Shown: positions 38,999 to 49,434, counted from the first letter of the stretch. The stretch is DNA of 64,000 nucleotides from Bacteroidaceae bacterium (GCA_036652575.1 JAVVVP010000002.1:25154-89153); one strand, 5' to 3'. The notes: generated by a model from the letters alone, not told the origin. Translations and numbers: made by a program.

Positions 38999-39607
38999 TT
39001 ACGATTGTGTAAAATGAGCTAAACGACTTATGTATTTACCAATAATATCAAACTCTATATTTACTTTGGATCCTATCTTAATGGTGTGGAAATTCGTGTG
39101 TTCGTAAGTATAAGGTATAATACACACTTGAAAAGAGGTATCGGTAGGATTACAAACGGTTAAACTCACACCATTTATAGTAACGGATCCTTTATCGACA
39201 ACAAAGTAACCACGCTGTGCCATCTCTTTCGTGACCTTATATGTAAAGGTGTAAATAAAACTACCTTGTGCATCTTTTATGCTTTGACATTCCGCCATTT
39301 GATCTACATGCCCTTGTACAATGTGCCCATCTAGTCGACCATTCATTATCATAGAGCGTTCAATATTCACGTGGTCGCCAATTTGTAACGAACCAAGGTT
39401 TGAACATTCTAGGGTTTCATTCATAGCCGTAACGGTATATTCTTTTTCTTTAATACGAATCACGGTAAGACAAACCCCGTTATGCGCTACGCTTTGGTCT
39501 ATTTTTAATTTATCTCCAAAGGAACACTTTAGTGTGATGTGGAGGTTCTCCTGATCTTTTTCAATAGCAACAACGCGTGCCATTTCTTCTATAATTCCTG
39601 AAAACAT
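38999..39607 (-). CDS. ribE: Riboflavin synthase (alpha chain)
   Basis: 202 aa. MFSGIIEE is at the N-terminus, and there are duplicated lumazine-binding repeats (SVAHNGVCLTV and SVTINGVSLTV). Confidence 0.92.
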   Translation of the reverse strand: MFSGIIEEMARVVAIEKDQENLHITLKCSFGDKLKIDQSVAHNGVCLTVIRIKEKEYTVTAMNETLECSNLGSLQIGDHVNIERSMIMNGRLDGHIVQGHVDQMAECQSIKDAQGSFIYTFTYKVTKEMAQRGYFVVDKGSVTINGVSLTVCNPTDTSFQVCIIPYTYEHTNFHTIKIGSKVNIEFDIIGKYISRLAHFTQS

Positions 39608-39628
39608 AATTCTTCAATTTTAGTTTTG

Positions 39629-39636
39629 CAAAAATA
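39629..39636 (-). promoter_or_regulatory. -7 box (TATTTTTG on minus strand) for ribE
   Basis: Plus-strand CAAAAATA, 21 nt upstream of the ribE ATG. Confidence 0.45.
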
Positions 39637-39810
39637 CAAAGATTTATCGACTAATGCTCTTTTTTTTGTTCTTTTGTAAACAGAAATAGTGTAGAAATAG
39701 TGTAGAGCCGCGTTCTTGATAAGTGAAAACAGAAAAGGAAAAAAAGATCTAATGACGGATATTTTAGGCAAGAAAAGTGACTACAAAGAATTTGATATAA
39801 AAAAAATAGC

Positions 39811-39818
39811 TATCTTTG
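39811..39818 (+). promoter_or_regulatory. -7 box TATCTTTG for the DUF4468-like gene
   Basis: Exact match, 27 nt upstream of the ATG at 39846. Confidence 0.5.
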
Positions 39819-39845
39819 CGTCAACAAAAACGATATAAAAGCATT

Positions 39846-40475
39846 ATGACACGAAAGATTATCATTTTACTATTGGTGTGTATACCCTTTGTTGGCTTTG
39901 CTCAAAGCAAAAATGTCAACAAAAAATATATGCAAGGTGCAGTAACTGTAAAAAATGGCATGGTAGAGTTTGAAAAGACTTACGAAGACAAGCGTAAATC
40001 AAAAAATGAAATTTATAATCTGCTATTGGTGTATGCGCAAAAACTTGTGAAAAGCGAAAATCAGTTACAACAATCTCGCATCACAGAAGAGAATGCAAGT
40101 GAAGGTCTTATTAGCTTAAGTATGGAAGAAAATCTTTACTTCAAAAAGGGTAAATGGACAACGGATGCTACACGTTTTTTCTATCAACTTATTATAAGGG
40201 TGAACGAAGGTAGTTTTACAGTGACGATGCGCCGTATTCGGTATATTTACGATGAGGAGCGTAAACCAGGGGGAATTATGTATAATGCAGAAAGTTGGAT
40301 TACCGATCAAGCTTCCATTAATAAAAAAGGAACGGGTTTACTTAAATTGTGCGGTAAATTCCGTTGTAAAACGATAGATCGTAAAAATGAACTATTTCGT
40401 AATGCTGCGATAAGCGTAAGAGGCGAACGTAAGGTGGTTCGTCAAATCCTTGTAAAAGAAGAAGACGAGGATTAA
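39846..40475 (+). CDS. Secreted DUF4468-like protein
   Basis: 209 aa counted from MTRKIIILLLVCIPFVGFAQ (signal peptide). YMQGAVTVKNGMVEFEK and later blocks resemble DUF4468 members as recalled. The ORF-track TTG start at 39816 overlaps the promoter box and is rejected. Confidence 0.5.
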   Translation: MTRKIIILLLVCIPFVGFAQSKNVNKKYMQGAVTVKNGMVEFEKTYEDKRKSKNEIYNLLLVYAQKLVKSENQLQQSRITEENASEGLISLSMEENLYFKKGKWTTDATRFFYQLIIRVNEGSFTVTMRRIRYIYDEERKPGGIMYNAESWITDQASINKKGTGLLKLCGKFRCKTIDRKNELFRNAAISVRGERKVVRQILVKEEDED

Positions 40476-40501
40476 TTTATTGGCTATTTGTTGTTTTAAA
40501 A

Positions 40502-40534
40502 AAAGGGCACGTATCGCAAGATTTCGTGCCCTTT
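40502..40534 (+). terminator. Intrinsic terminator after the DUF4468-like gene
   Basis: AAAGGGCACG pairs with CGTGCCCTTT (10 bp) around a 13-nt loop, with flanking A and T runs. Confidence 0.7.
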
Positions 40535-40592
40535 AACGTGTAAAATAAAGATCAGGCTAAAGGATACTGAACCTATTGGTGTGATATCGTAA

Positions 40593-40600
40593 TATCTTTG
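40593..40600 (+). promoter_or_regulatory. Orphan -7 box TATCTTTG in the convergent intergenic region
   Basis: Exact match with no downstream CDS on the plus strand. The next strong hairpin plus T-run is at 40701-40740. Confidence 0.3.
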
Positions 40601-40693
40601 GGGCACCCGTAAAAACCAGTGTTTGCTGAATCACAGTTTTTTACTGGTTCCCTCAAATTCCGATGCTCATCCACCGAGAAAATAGGCTGACCC

Positions 40694-40763
40694 AAAAAAG
40701 TTGAAGGCGCTCGAATCAAAAATGGAGCGCCTTCAATTTTGAAATCTAGCACGCTCGAATTTT
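40694..40763 (-). repeat. Tri-modular palindromic intergenic repeat, copy 3 (inverted orientation)
   Basis: TTGAAGGCGCTC (40701-40712) pairs with GAGCGCCTTCAA (40725-40736), flanked by A6 and T4. The third module is CTAGCACGCTCGAAT. The reverse complement aligns module-by-module with copies 1, 2 and 4. Confidence 0.8.
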
Positions 40764-40946
40764 GCAACGGTTCTAAACTCTAAGCTCTAAAATTTAACTC
40801 GCCAAAAGAAGAGCGAGACGTTCTACAAATGTGGAGAATTTTATGAGTATGATATACTTTATTGCAGGAAAGCTGAAAGTGGATTACCCACACGATTCGT
40901 TATAGAGCCATTTTTTCTGTGTAACACGGCACCTTTCTTTTTTTAT

Positions 40947-43900
40947 TTATCTCGTTAAGGAGAATTTCATACTAATACCAAAGTCTTGTGTTGTTGTTGG
41001 GTAAGAGCTAGATGATAAGAGCGGATTCATTGTTTGTCGATCGTAATAGGCACTTAAGGTGAGTAATTTACTTACGGTATAGTCGGCTGAGAAAGATATT
41101 TTGAGTGCCTTATTGCCACTTGTGGCTTGTGATATTAAGGTTGATATATCTCTATTAAGAGCACTTTGATCGCGAATAGAGAAGTCTACGCGTAAGTTCA
41201 GGTCATTGTTCATTCCTGTAGATTTTGGTATTATAGGCTCTTCTTTCTTTGCGTTTTTACTTTTGTTGCTACGCGCTATTCGTTTCTTCTTTTTACTTCC
41301 AAATAATTTAAAATCGTTTATTTTATATCCTAATCCTATAACCCAATCGCTTGAACGCGTTTCATTAATTTGCAGGGATGTCATACTGAGATTAAGAATT
41401 CGTGTACGTTTATACTCTAATTTTGCCGTCAGGTTATTATTAAAGGTCATATCAACTCCAAATAAAGGTGAGAAGCTTTCATTTATAGATACGGAACTAA
41501 TATCAAAGGGGCTACTAGGTACTGGATTTCCTGTTGTAACATCTTTAATAAAACCAAGATCTCCCCTATATGCCATATAACTTGTATATGAGCTGTAAGA
41601 GCCTACGGCATAAATGCTTTTATAAGCATGGTTGATATTAAAACTTTTGAAGTGTGCATTGAACCATGGAATTTTGATCAGTCCGCTATACGTTACTCTC
41701 CAATTGGGTAATAAACGTTTGAGTGTGGGAAAAATATCGAGCGAAGAATTTCTATTTCCGCCACAATAAGCGGCAAGAAATGCAGGTATCATAACATCTG
41801 CGGAATATTTGTTTACGGTTCCGTTTGCAGGATTAAATAGATGCCCAGCTAAAGAACTTGATACAGGATAAGGGATTCCCGTGTATTTTTGTTCTAATCG
41901 ATTGCGAAAATCTTCAAGAGAACTTACAAAGCGAGAGAATGTTTTACTTTGGAATCCATTGTCGGCATTTCCAAAACTTTCGAAAGCGGATCCGATGCTG
42001 ATGGTTGTCATTGTAAAGCTTCCTGATTTAGTTGTTGGCATACCTTCGTACATATATTGGATGCTTTGTGCTTTATTTACGGTTCTGTTTGCGTTTAGGT
42101 CTATCTTAAAGTCGCGGAAGGGTTCGAGTGTCACTCGAATTTGTAAATCTTCGTTGGCATTTGTCGTTGCTGGGGTTGTAATGCTGTCATTATTGCTTAG
42201 CCATCCATTGTCATAAGCTTTTTTGATATAGCTATCTCCCGTCAATCCAAAGGCGAAGTCTAAGCCTGGTTGCAAACCATTTCCGCTTCTTTGTCCAAAA
42301 ATGTCACCCACGTTTGGAATAAATCCAGGTAGCGACATATTATAGGAATTGCGATACGTTATACTAAGGTTTCGGATCATCATTGCTGTGCGAGCGACAC
42401 ATTGCATGGTTTTATAGAACGTACCATCTTCTTTGTCTTTACCTGGAATGACGGTAAGTTTTAATTTTGTGGTGTCACGTGTAAGAATGTTTATTGTATT
42501 TGCATCGGTTACTTTGTATTTAATAGGAAAGCGTTTGCCATCTTGACGTATTGCAATAACTTTGATGCGTTTGTTCTTGAGGTTGTGTTTAATCGTTGTG
42601 GTGGTATCTGATTTTAGCTGTATTTCTTTTTCGAAATTTTTCTTTTTATCTTTATTCAGAGGACGACTGTTGCTGTTGGATAAGAATCTTTTATTTGTTG
42701 CTTTTAGAAATGGGATATGATTATAAAGTGTTTCCATATTGAAACGTGCATTACCTGTGATAATTCTAGAATTTGCAATTGTATTTCCTAAGGTTGACCC
42801 ATCTTCAAGTTCTGTACCTCGAGCCCATTGGTAGGTGGCATCGTAACTCCAATCGGATGTGATCCAGTCAAATACGGGTATCTTATTGATCGGGAGCCTC
42901 CAAGTTGTTTTGAAGGTTTGCTGGTAAGAAAGAGGTCGGCCTAAATCCATAATGCTCCGCCATACAGAGTCTTTCCAAGCGGAGTAGCTGTCGGGATAAA
43001 GGTCTTTGTTGACTGGTGTATAGGGTTGTACAATTTCTGCATTTGTTGCAGAGGAGTAATCCATGTGCAAATTCTTTGTTAAATCCCATCGTAAAGAGAG
43101 GGAACGATTCCAAAGAAAATCACTAGCCCATGTTAGGGGAATCGAATTATTTTGTAGATTTTCCATGTCCCTTTCTTGTAATTCGTAGTACGAACGGAGA
43201 ATGTCGGAGTTGATGGTGATGTTTTGTGGTAGAATGTTGACGTTCTGATCTTTTATTATTTTCAACCAATTGCTCTTATTCTTTATGTTCTTGAAGGGCT
43301 GAAATGTTTTATATACAGGAGAATAAGAATAGTTCATATTCCATTTCCAATTATCATCTTTTTCCCACATTGTGGTTTCTCCGATTGATTTCTTATGGCT
43401 ATGTGAGTAACTAAATGAAAAATTGGCAGGGTCGTAAGGCATAGGATGGCGTTTTGTCGCGATACCAATCTTTGCATTGCTGATACTGAAATTACTATTT
43501 ACGACGGTAGTGACACATATGTTTTCGAGTGAATCTTTTTGTTTTTTAGTAACGCAGGCATCAAGTGCATCTTCGAGTTTCATATCTGTATCGAGCGGAT
43601 TGTATAGAGGCACGCTCTTTTCTTTACTATAGGAATAGTAGATGGGCGCTTGTACTTTTGCTTTTTCGGGGAAGAATTTACCTGCTTCTAAGTTTGTAGT
43701 AATACTATATTCGTATAAATTGTCTTTTCGACGTTGACTCACACTTTCTTCGAGTCCTCCAAACCCAGAAGTTTCTATATGTCCCGTTACGTTGACGGAG
43801 GCTAAATCAGATAGTTGCAAGTTTAAGTTTCCTTTTGCCGCCCAACCTCCATCGTTGGTATACTCTTGTAAACGAAGTTCATTGACCCACATTTCCACAT

Positions 43901-46900
43901 TTTTCACGGCTCGAGATTTATTTCGGATTCCAATCATAACGGTACGTATTTCGCCTAATGTTGGATTACCGAGTACGCTAATCTTGTTGTTTGGCTTATT
44001 TGCATCGTATACAGAATAAAGCGAAGAATAAGAACTTAAACCTAGTGCTTTCTCTTTGTTTCGTTCTTTTTTTACATTCGTAAAAGCGGATAAATCAATG
44101 TCAAGCATATTTTCTTCTGGCCATACCGCTTTGCAACCCGTCGTGGAGTAGGTGTCGTATTTGCCTTCAGGGGTGATGGTAAGAGGAATCTCGTATTCGT
44201 AGAAATTGTTTTTATAGTCACTGCCAAAGCGAATAAACATACTTGTTTGTCCGTTTTCAAGGGATGCATCCCCCGTTATGGCATTTGCATGCACAAACAT
44301 TTGTAGATGTTTGTACTGACGTAGGTCGAGCATGGTGTTTTTGTATACAGCACGTGCATCATTAGAAGCAAGGTCTGTAACCGTTATACTTAGCGCTTGT
44401 TCATTATCTTCCTTTAGTTGACTGTTATTCGGGTCTATATTGCGCGAAATCCCAGGAGGTAGGACGTAGTTTACGGGTGTTTTTGTGTTGTTCTCTTCTA
44501 TGCTTACGGCTGATACATTGAGATTTCCGCTTAAGGATGGAGCTGTTCCCGTATAGAGCGCTTGTTCATAATTTCGCCATTCGCCACGTACGAGTTCAAG
44601 TGTTCCAAAGCGTAACACAATGGGTTCTTGAAAATTGGTAAGAAACATACGCATAAAGCGGATACTTGAAAAGTCGGTGATATTTCCTTCTTTCTTTTGA
44701 TATTGAGCTAAAGGAATACGATAAAGGAACCATTTCACGGTTTCTTTATTCCCATTACGTAATGTTACGTTTGCGGTACGTTCGTCTACGATATAGCCAG
44801 TACCTACTTTCATACTGTCGGGACTAAAGCGAACGTGATATTGATAATATTTTTCGTATTCGTTAAGAGTGTAGTCCTGATTGACATCTTCTACATCGGG
44901 GGTTGTTTTATATGCGGTACTATAATTTTCTGGCGAATTTTTAGAATCAACAGAGTTTCCCTCTGGGCTATTGATGTGTTTATAACGATCTAAAATGGAT
45001 GCTTTCGCTGCATCGTAATCAGACCCACGGAAGTAGTGATAATCATCGCCTGCGGGGTCAGCAACAATTGAATCATAAGCAGCTCCATTTATCTTCCCCA
45101 TAATTGTATTTAAGTAGGTACGATAAGCTCCAAAGGAGGCTTCTTCCGCGCTACTTAAACCATTAAGACCTACATCTTGTTTTTGTCTTGAACCATTGCT
45201 TGTATTGAATGCGTACGTTACGCTACTTTGATACGGAATACGTCCCCAGACTGTTTCCGTGTACTGTGTTGATGCATTATCTATGGGCATGCTACTTTCA
45301 CAGTATTTCTTTCCGTCCTTTAGAATGTCTTCACTTATTTCACCTAAGTTGATATAGAAATCTCCGCTGTGATTTCCCGCTTTTTCGCGACTATAAATAA
45401 AAGGGTCGAGCATCCAGAATTCAATGTATTCAATGTTTGCTGTTTCGAAATCACTGGTTTCTAGTTTTGTCATCATTCCTCCCCAGTGCGACATCGGGTT
45501 TTCCAATCGCCCATTTCTATCAAGTTGTGGATTCAGATTATAGGGTCCACGTTCATTGGGATAATAAGCAAGATTGAGTATAGACATGGTAGTTGTTTCT
45601 CCATAGGTTTGATCCCGATTTGGAAATAATTCCCGCTTATAAACTTCTCGAACGTAGTGATTGGACAATTGATTCAGATCGCTCTTGATATGACTAGGTG
45701 TGAGCGAAGAGCTACGACGCGTAAAAAGAGGATCTATGTTATACCAACTCATCAATGCGCGATTATAGCCATAGCGCAAATCATTTGCGTATTTGCTTTC
45801 TGGAAATAGCGACGGGGTACTACTAAGAACCCATTTGTTTGGCAGACTTATGTCGATACCGCTTTTTGTGTTTTCAAAGTCGTCTACATAAGAGGCGTTA
45901 CCTTGGGAATCGCTATTTTTCCCTGCAATGAGTTGTGCAAATTCGGCAGACAGATTGATGCTGGATGGAGCGGTGCAATTGATAAAAGGAAGTTTGTTTA
46001 TAATGTTTGTAAGCCATTGGCTTTCTTGTTTCCACGATAAATTTAAGCCCCAAATAGTATTGTTTAGAGGTTCACTACCCATACTGACTTTTGTTGTTAA
46101 AGCTTGTTCACTCAGGTGCATAATGGTACCACCCATTTGGAAGTTCTTTGTAAAATCGTATGCCCAATTCATTCCTAGCATTGTTTTGCGCTGAAGTCCA
46201 AAGTTCTCATTGCTTTCAAGGCTAGCATTGATGGAGGTGCCAGCATCTATAATACTTTGGTTTATAATGGTTACAACTCCAGCATTGTAATCCACTGTAT
46301 AGTCGGAGTTCTCGGTTAATTTTGAGCCGCCAGCTGTTACAATTACGGATCCCTGTGGTATATTGGTCGATCCTAATTGTATTTCGCTACTACGTGATGA
46401 ACCTTTGTATCGTCCAGAGATGGTATATTTGTTTTTTTCAGCTATTTGCTTGGCTATTGTTTTTGTGGAATCATAGAGTTCTTGAAATACATACTTTTTC
46501 GCAAGCGTTGGATCGTTTATAACCTTGGTAAGATAGCTACCAAAAGGTTCTGTTACAGGAAAGTAGATTCGTCCTGTAGACGCGTCAATGGTATAGCCGT
46601 TTACAAAGTCGAAATATCCATTGGGGTTGGGGTTATTGTTATTATCGAGGCGATCTAGGTTCAAGAGTTTTAATAATGTTTTGTCGCGTAATCCTGGCTC
46701 GGGAAGATAAGAGAGATAGACACCAGTCGTATCACTTAAAATTTTGATGTCCATTTTAAACTTTTCTTTTTGAACAGACGTTGCACCGAGTGAATAAACA
46801 TTTTTCATCATCAGTTTCCAGTTACCCATTTGTGGCGTATTGGAGGTGTTTTTCAGCGCTTTTACGAAGAGTGTTTGCGTGTTATCTTTTATGTCGTTGG

Positions 46901-48359
46901 CAAACTCTCCCACTTGATAGGTTTGTCCACGATAGGTATATTCGTAGGCAATAGCGAGAACTTGATCTGTTTGGAGTGTGCTCTTTAGCGATACGTATCC
47001 GAGGGCGGTGTTCAGTGTATATTCGGATGTGGATAAGAGGCGTGCACTTTCTAATTTCTCGAAATCTTCTCCTCCTTCAAAGCCTGCAATACTACCTAGA
47101 ATAGGGTTCACTTGACTAATGTTACGAGCCCCACTATATTGGGTGGATATAGTAGCATATAGATTGTTGGATTTGTTGCTTGGATTGATATCTCTATCTG
47201 GAGTCCATATAGAGTTACTAATCGTTGTGTTTTCGGCAAGATCTGTAAATGCAACAATATTGCGAGTGTTACTAGTGGTGCCACTCTTGTTGGTTACCCA
47301 TATTTCTACACGATTAATGGTGACGCCAGACGAAATGTTGGGTAATTTACTCATCCAATCATCATAGTTTTTTCTGAAAAAATGAGAAAGGAAGAAGTGT
47401 CTATTCTCTTCGTAATTATCGGCAGAGAAATCGTAAGTCGTAAGCTGAGTTCCACCAGAGGCGGATACGTTTTTACTCGTACTTTTTTTCTGTGATATAA
47501 CAGTTTGTAATTTAAGTTTTCCAAATTGCATATCAGCTCTTACGCCAAAAAGGGATGAAGCACCTCGTATAAGTGAAGAATTGGTAGGCATTGAAATATT
47601 TCCAGCTTCAATAAGCTTTATTATTTCGTCTTCTTTTCCTTCGTATTTTAGTTTGAGATTCTCTGTGTCGAAATCGAATGTTGCATCACTATTATAGTTC
47701 AAATTCATATCAAGCTTATCACCCACTTTTGCATTTACGCTTACATTTACCTTTTCGTTAAAGTCAAAGCCAAATGTATTTCGTTGTCGGATAGGTAAAC
47801 TCGGATTATCTACATTTTTTGTATTGGCTCCAATTTTCAGTTCTGCTGATCCTTGCGTCTTTATTTGGACACCACCAGGACCAAATATTTTCTCTGCCAT
47901 ACCGAGGTTGAACTTCATATTGGTAAAGTCGAATTTTTCTTTGCCTTTATTTTTAAACTCTTCGTCATTTTTAGAACGAAAGTAAGCATTCATTGATTTT
48001 TGGAGGCTATATCGCTTATACTCTTCAGAAGTCATAAGAATGGGAATATTCAAATAATTGTCGCCAATCTTAGAACCGAGTAGATAGGAGCCTGATGTGT
48101 TGTCATATTCAGCTTCGCTTTTTATGTTTTCGGGATCGCGAAGATCTAACATTTTTTTGTCGAGATCTTTATTGCTTATCGGAGTTGTTCTTTTTACGTT
48201 GAAACGTACTTTTGCGGTATCCTTTGGCGTTGCTTCTTGTTGTGTACGTTGATTTGCGCCCAACAATGATGCTGCGCCAAAACTTGTGGCACAAACAAGT
48301 CCTACCAACGCAAATGCGATGAATAGTCGGAACGAAAAAGCAATACGTTTCTTCTTCAT
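40947..48359 (-). CDS. sprA: Type IX secretion system translocon SprA (Sov)
   Basis: 2470 aa with a signal peptide and a giant beta-barrel-type sequence. Size, the ruvA-sprA synteny known from other Bacteroidota, and the C-terminal beta-strand region ending in MKFSLTR all fit SprA. Confidence 0.88.
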   Translation of the reverse strand: MKKKRIAFSFRLFIAFALVGLVCATSFGAASLLGANQRTQQEATPKDTAKVRFNVKRTTPISNKDLDKKMLDLRDPENIKSEAEYDNTSGSYLLGSKIGDNYLNIPILMTSEEYKRYSLQKSMNAYFRSKNDEEFKNKGKEKFDFTNMKFNLGMAEKIFGPGGVQIKTQGSAELKIGANTKNVDNPSLPIRQRNTFGFDFNEKVNVSVNAKVGDKLDMNLNYNSDATFDFDTENLKLKYEGKEDEIIKLIEAGNISMPTNSSLIRGASSLFGVRADMQFGKLKLQTVISQKKSTSKNVSASGGTQLTTYDFSADNYEENRHFFLSHFFRKNYDDWMSKLPNISSGVTINRVEIWVTNKSGTTSNTRNIVAFTDLAENTTISNSIWTPDRDINPSNKSNNLYATISTQYSGARNISQVNPILGSIAGFEGGEDFEKLESARLLSTSEYTLNTALGYVSLKSTLQTDQVLAIAYEYTYRGQTYQVGEFANDIKDNTQTLFVKALKNTSNTPQMGNWKLMMKNVYSLGATSVQKEKFKMDIKILSDTTGVYLSYLPEPGLRDKTLLKLLNLDRLDNNNNPNPNGYFDFVNGYTIDASTGRIYFPVTEPFGSYLTKVINDPTLAKKYVFQELYDSTKTIAKQIAEKNKYTISGRYKGSSRSSEIQLGSTNIPQGSVIVTAGGSKLTENSDYTVDYNAGVVTIINQSIIDAGTSINASLESNENFGLQRKTMLGMNWAYDFTKNFQMGGTIMHLSEQALTTKVSMGSEPLNNTIWGLNLSWKQESQWLTNIINKLPFINCTAPSSINLSAEFAQLIAGKNSDSQGNASYVDDFENTKSGIDISLPNKWVLSSTPSLFPESKYANDLRYGYNRALMSWYNIDPLFTRRSSSLTPSHIKSDLNQLSNHYVREVYKRELFPNRDQTYGETTTMSILNLAYYPNERGPYNLNPQLDRNGRLENPMSHWGGMMTKLETSDFETANIEYIEFWMLDPFIYSREKAGNHSGDFYINLGEISEDILKDGKKYCESSMPIDNASTQYTETVWGRIPYQSSVTYAFNTSNGSRQKQDVGLNGLSSAEEASFGAYRTYLNTIMGKINGAAYDSIVADPAGDDYHYFRGSDYDAAKASILDRYKHINSPEGNSVDSKNSPENYSTAYKTTPDVEDVNQDYTLNEYEKYYQYHVRFSPDSMKVGTGYIVDERTANVTLRNGNKETVKWFLYRIPLAQYQKKEGNITDFSSIRFMRMFLTNFQEPIVLRFGTLELVRGEWRNYEQALYTGTAPSLSGNLNVSAVSIEENNTKTPVNYVLPPGISRNIDPNNSQLKEDNEQALSITVTDLASNDARAVYKNTMLDLRQYKHLQMFVHANAITGDASLENGQTSMFIRFGSDYKNNFYEYEIPLTITPEGKYDTYSTTGCKAVWPEENMLDIDLSAFTNVKKERNKEKALGLSSYSSLYSVYDANKPNNKISVLGNPTLGEIRTVMIGIRNKSRAVKNVEMWVNELRLQEYTNDGGWAAKGNLNLQLSDLASVNVTGHIETSGFGGLEESVSQRRKDNLYEYSITTNLEAGKFFPEKAKVQAPIYYSYSKEKSVPLYNPLDTDMKLEDALDACVTKKQKDSLENICVTTVVNSNFSISNAKIGIATKRHPMPYDPANFSFSYSHSHKKSIGETTMWEKDDNWKWNMNYSYSPVYKTFQPFKNIKNKSNWLKIIKDQNVNILPQNITINSDILRSYYELQERDMENLQNNSIPLTWASDFLWNRSLSLRWDLTKNLHMDYSSATNAEIVQPYTPVNKDLYPDSYSAWKDSVWRSIMDLGRPLSYQQTFKTTWRLPINKIPVFDWITSDWSYDATYQWARGTELEDGSTLGNTIANSRIITGNARFNMETLYNHIPFLKATNKRFLSNSNSRPLNKDKKKNFEKEIQLKSDTTTTIKHNLKNKRIKVIAIRQDGKRFPIKYKVTDANTINILTRDTTKLKLTVIPGKDKEDGTFYKTMQCVARTAMMIRNLSITYRNSYNMSLPGFIPNVGDIFGQRSGNGLQPGLDFAFGLTGDSYIKKAYDNGWLSNNDSITTPATTNANEDLQIRVTLEPFRDFKIDLNANRTVNKAQSIQYMYEGMPTTKSGSFTMTTISIGSAFESFGNADNGFQSKTFSRFVSSLEDFRNRLEQKYTGIPYPVSSSLAGHLFNPANGTVNKYSADVMIPAFLAAYCGGNRNSSLDIFPTLKRLLPNWRVTYSGLIKIPWFNAHFKSFNINHAYKSIYAVGSYSSYTSYMAYRGDLGFIKDVTTGNPVPSSPFDISSVSINESFSPLFGVDMTFNNNLTAKLEYKRTRILNLSMTSLQINETRSSDWVIGLGYKINDFKLFGSKKKKRIARSNKSKNAKKEEPIIPKSTGMNNDLNLRVDFSIRDQSALNRDISTLISQATSGNKALKISFSADYTVSKLLTLSAYYDRQTMNPLLSSSSYPTTTQDFGISMKFSLTR

Positions 48360-48361
48360 TA

Positions 48362-48964
48362 TTAAAGCATCTTGAGCGCTTTCTTTATTACGGCTTCTAC
48401 AGGAATATCTGGTGTGTCGCTTAAAATAGAAATTACTATTTTTTGAGTTGGAGCCGGTGAAAATCCGAGCATCGTGAGAGCTGCTACAGCCTCCTCTGTT
48501 TTTTCACTATTAAGGCTTGTGACCATTGTCTTTTCACCAGATGCGTTGTTTTCAGAGATTTGCGTTATCGGGATTTTGTCTTTTAAGTCTATAATAATGC
48601 GTTGGGCTGTTTTCATACCTATACCTTTGACGTTCTTCAATAGTTTGTCGTTGCCAGCGCTAATCAGATCGCATAGTTCGCGGGGCGTGAAGGCAGACAG
48701 AATCATTCTTGCCGTGTTTCCACCGATGCCTGATACTGAAATTAAATGAAGGAACAAGGTTCGTTCATCTTTTGATACGAACCCATAGAGTATATAGGCA
48801 TCTTCACGAATGGCTTCGTAAACGTAGATCTTTATTTCTTTTTTTCCTTGAATTGAGGAATAGGTATTTAAGGAGATATTTAAACCGTAGCCTATACCGT
48901 TGCAGTCTATAATTACTTGGGTAGGGGATAGCTCTGCTATTTCCCCACTTATATATTCTATCAT
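48362..48964 (-). CDS. ruvA: Holliday junction DNA helicase subunit RuvA
   Basis: 200 aa. MIEYISGEI begins an OB domain, followed by the HhH pair ([16 protein letters not shown] and [20 protein letters not shown]) and C-terminal domain III. Confidence 0.93.
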   Translation of the reverse strand: MIEYISGEIAELSPTQVIIDCNGIGYGLNISLNTYSSIQGKKEIKIYVYEAIREDAYILYGFVSKDERTLFLHLISVSGIGGNTARMILSAFTPRELCDLISAGNDKLLKNVKGIGMKTAQRIIIDLKDKIPITQISENNASGEKTMVTSLNSEKTEEAVAALTMLGFSPAPTQKIVISILSDTPDIPVEAVIKKALKML

Positions 48965-49223
48965 TTCTAATTGCTTCTTTTGTCTTAGTTATATAACGCA
49001 GTTTCCACCTCTTTATTATATCAATGTGGAAAAAGAAGATGCAAAGGAACAAAAAATATTGCTTAGTCCCAATAATAGATAGACGTATTTTTGGATTAGT
49101 AAAGATTTCAGGGCTTTGTAAGTCCATAATAAGTATTATGAATCATCATGTACTTTGTGAAATTAGAAAGACGATATTCAAAGAAAAGAGGCTTATTTTC
49201 TCTTGTTTTACAATGAAAAACTT

Positions 49224-49231
49224 TATCTTTG
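49224..49231 (+). promoter_or_regulatory. -7 box TATCTTTG facing the plug-like gene
   Basis: Exact match, 204 nt upstream of ATG 49435 and 282 nt upstream of ATG 49513. Confidence 0.4.
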
Positions 49232-49305
49232 CCGCTAAGAGTTTGTCATAAGAGTGAATGTCATTTAAGCTGTCTATTAAGTTGTAATTTGTTTCGTAAT
49301 TGTTG

Positions 49306-49313
49306 CAAAGATA
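49306..49313 (-). promoter_or_regulatory. -7 box (TATCTTTG on minus strand) facing ruvA
   Basis: Plus-strand CAAAGATA, about 340 nt upstream of the ruvA ATG. It lies downstream of the plus-strand box, so the two are face-to-face. Confidence 0.35.
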
Positions 49314-49434
49314 ATGATTGGGTAAAGCCCATGATAGGCTTGCTGTAGATAGGTCTCATGACAAAGGGGAGTTTTCTCATTGAGTGAATGGGTTCATCCC
49401 TTATTAACGAAAGTCTGTAAGAAAAAAATAGGAC

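Noticed and set aside
39608-39845. A possible FMN riboswitch upstream of ribE.
   Set aside because: The -7 box is only 21 nt from the ATG, which leaves no room for a ~130-nt aptamer. No conserved FMN-element sequence was visible.
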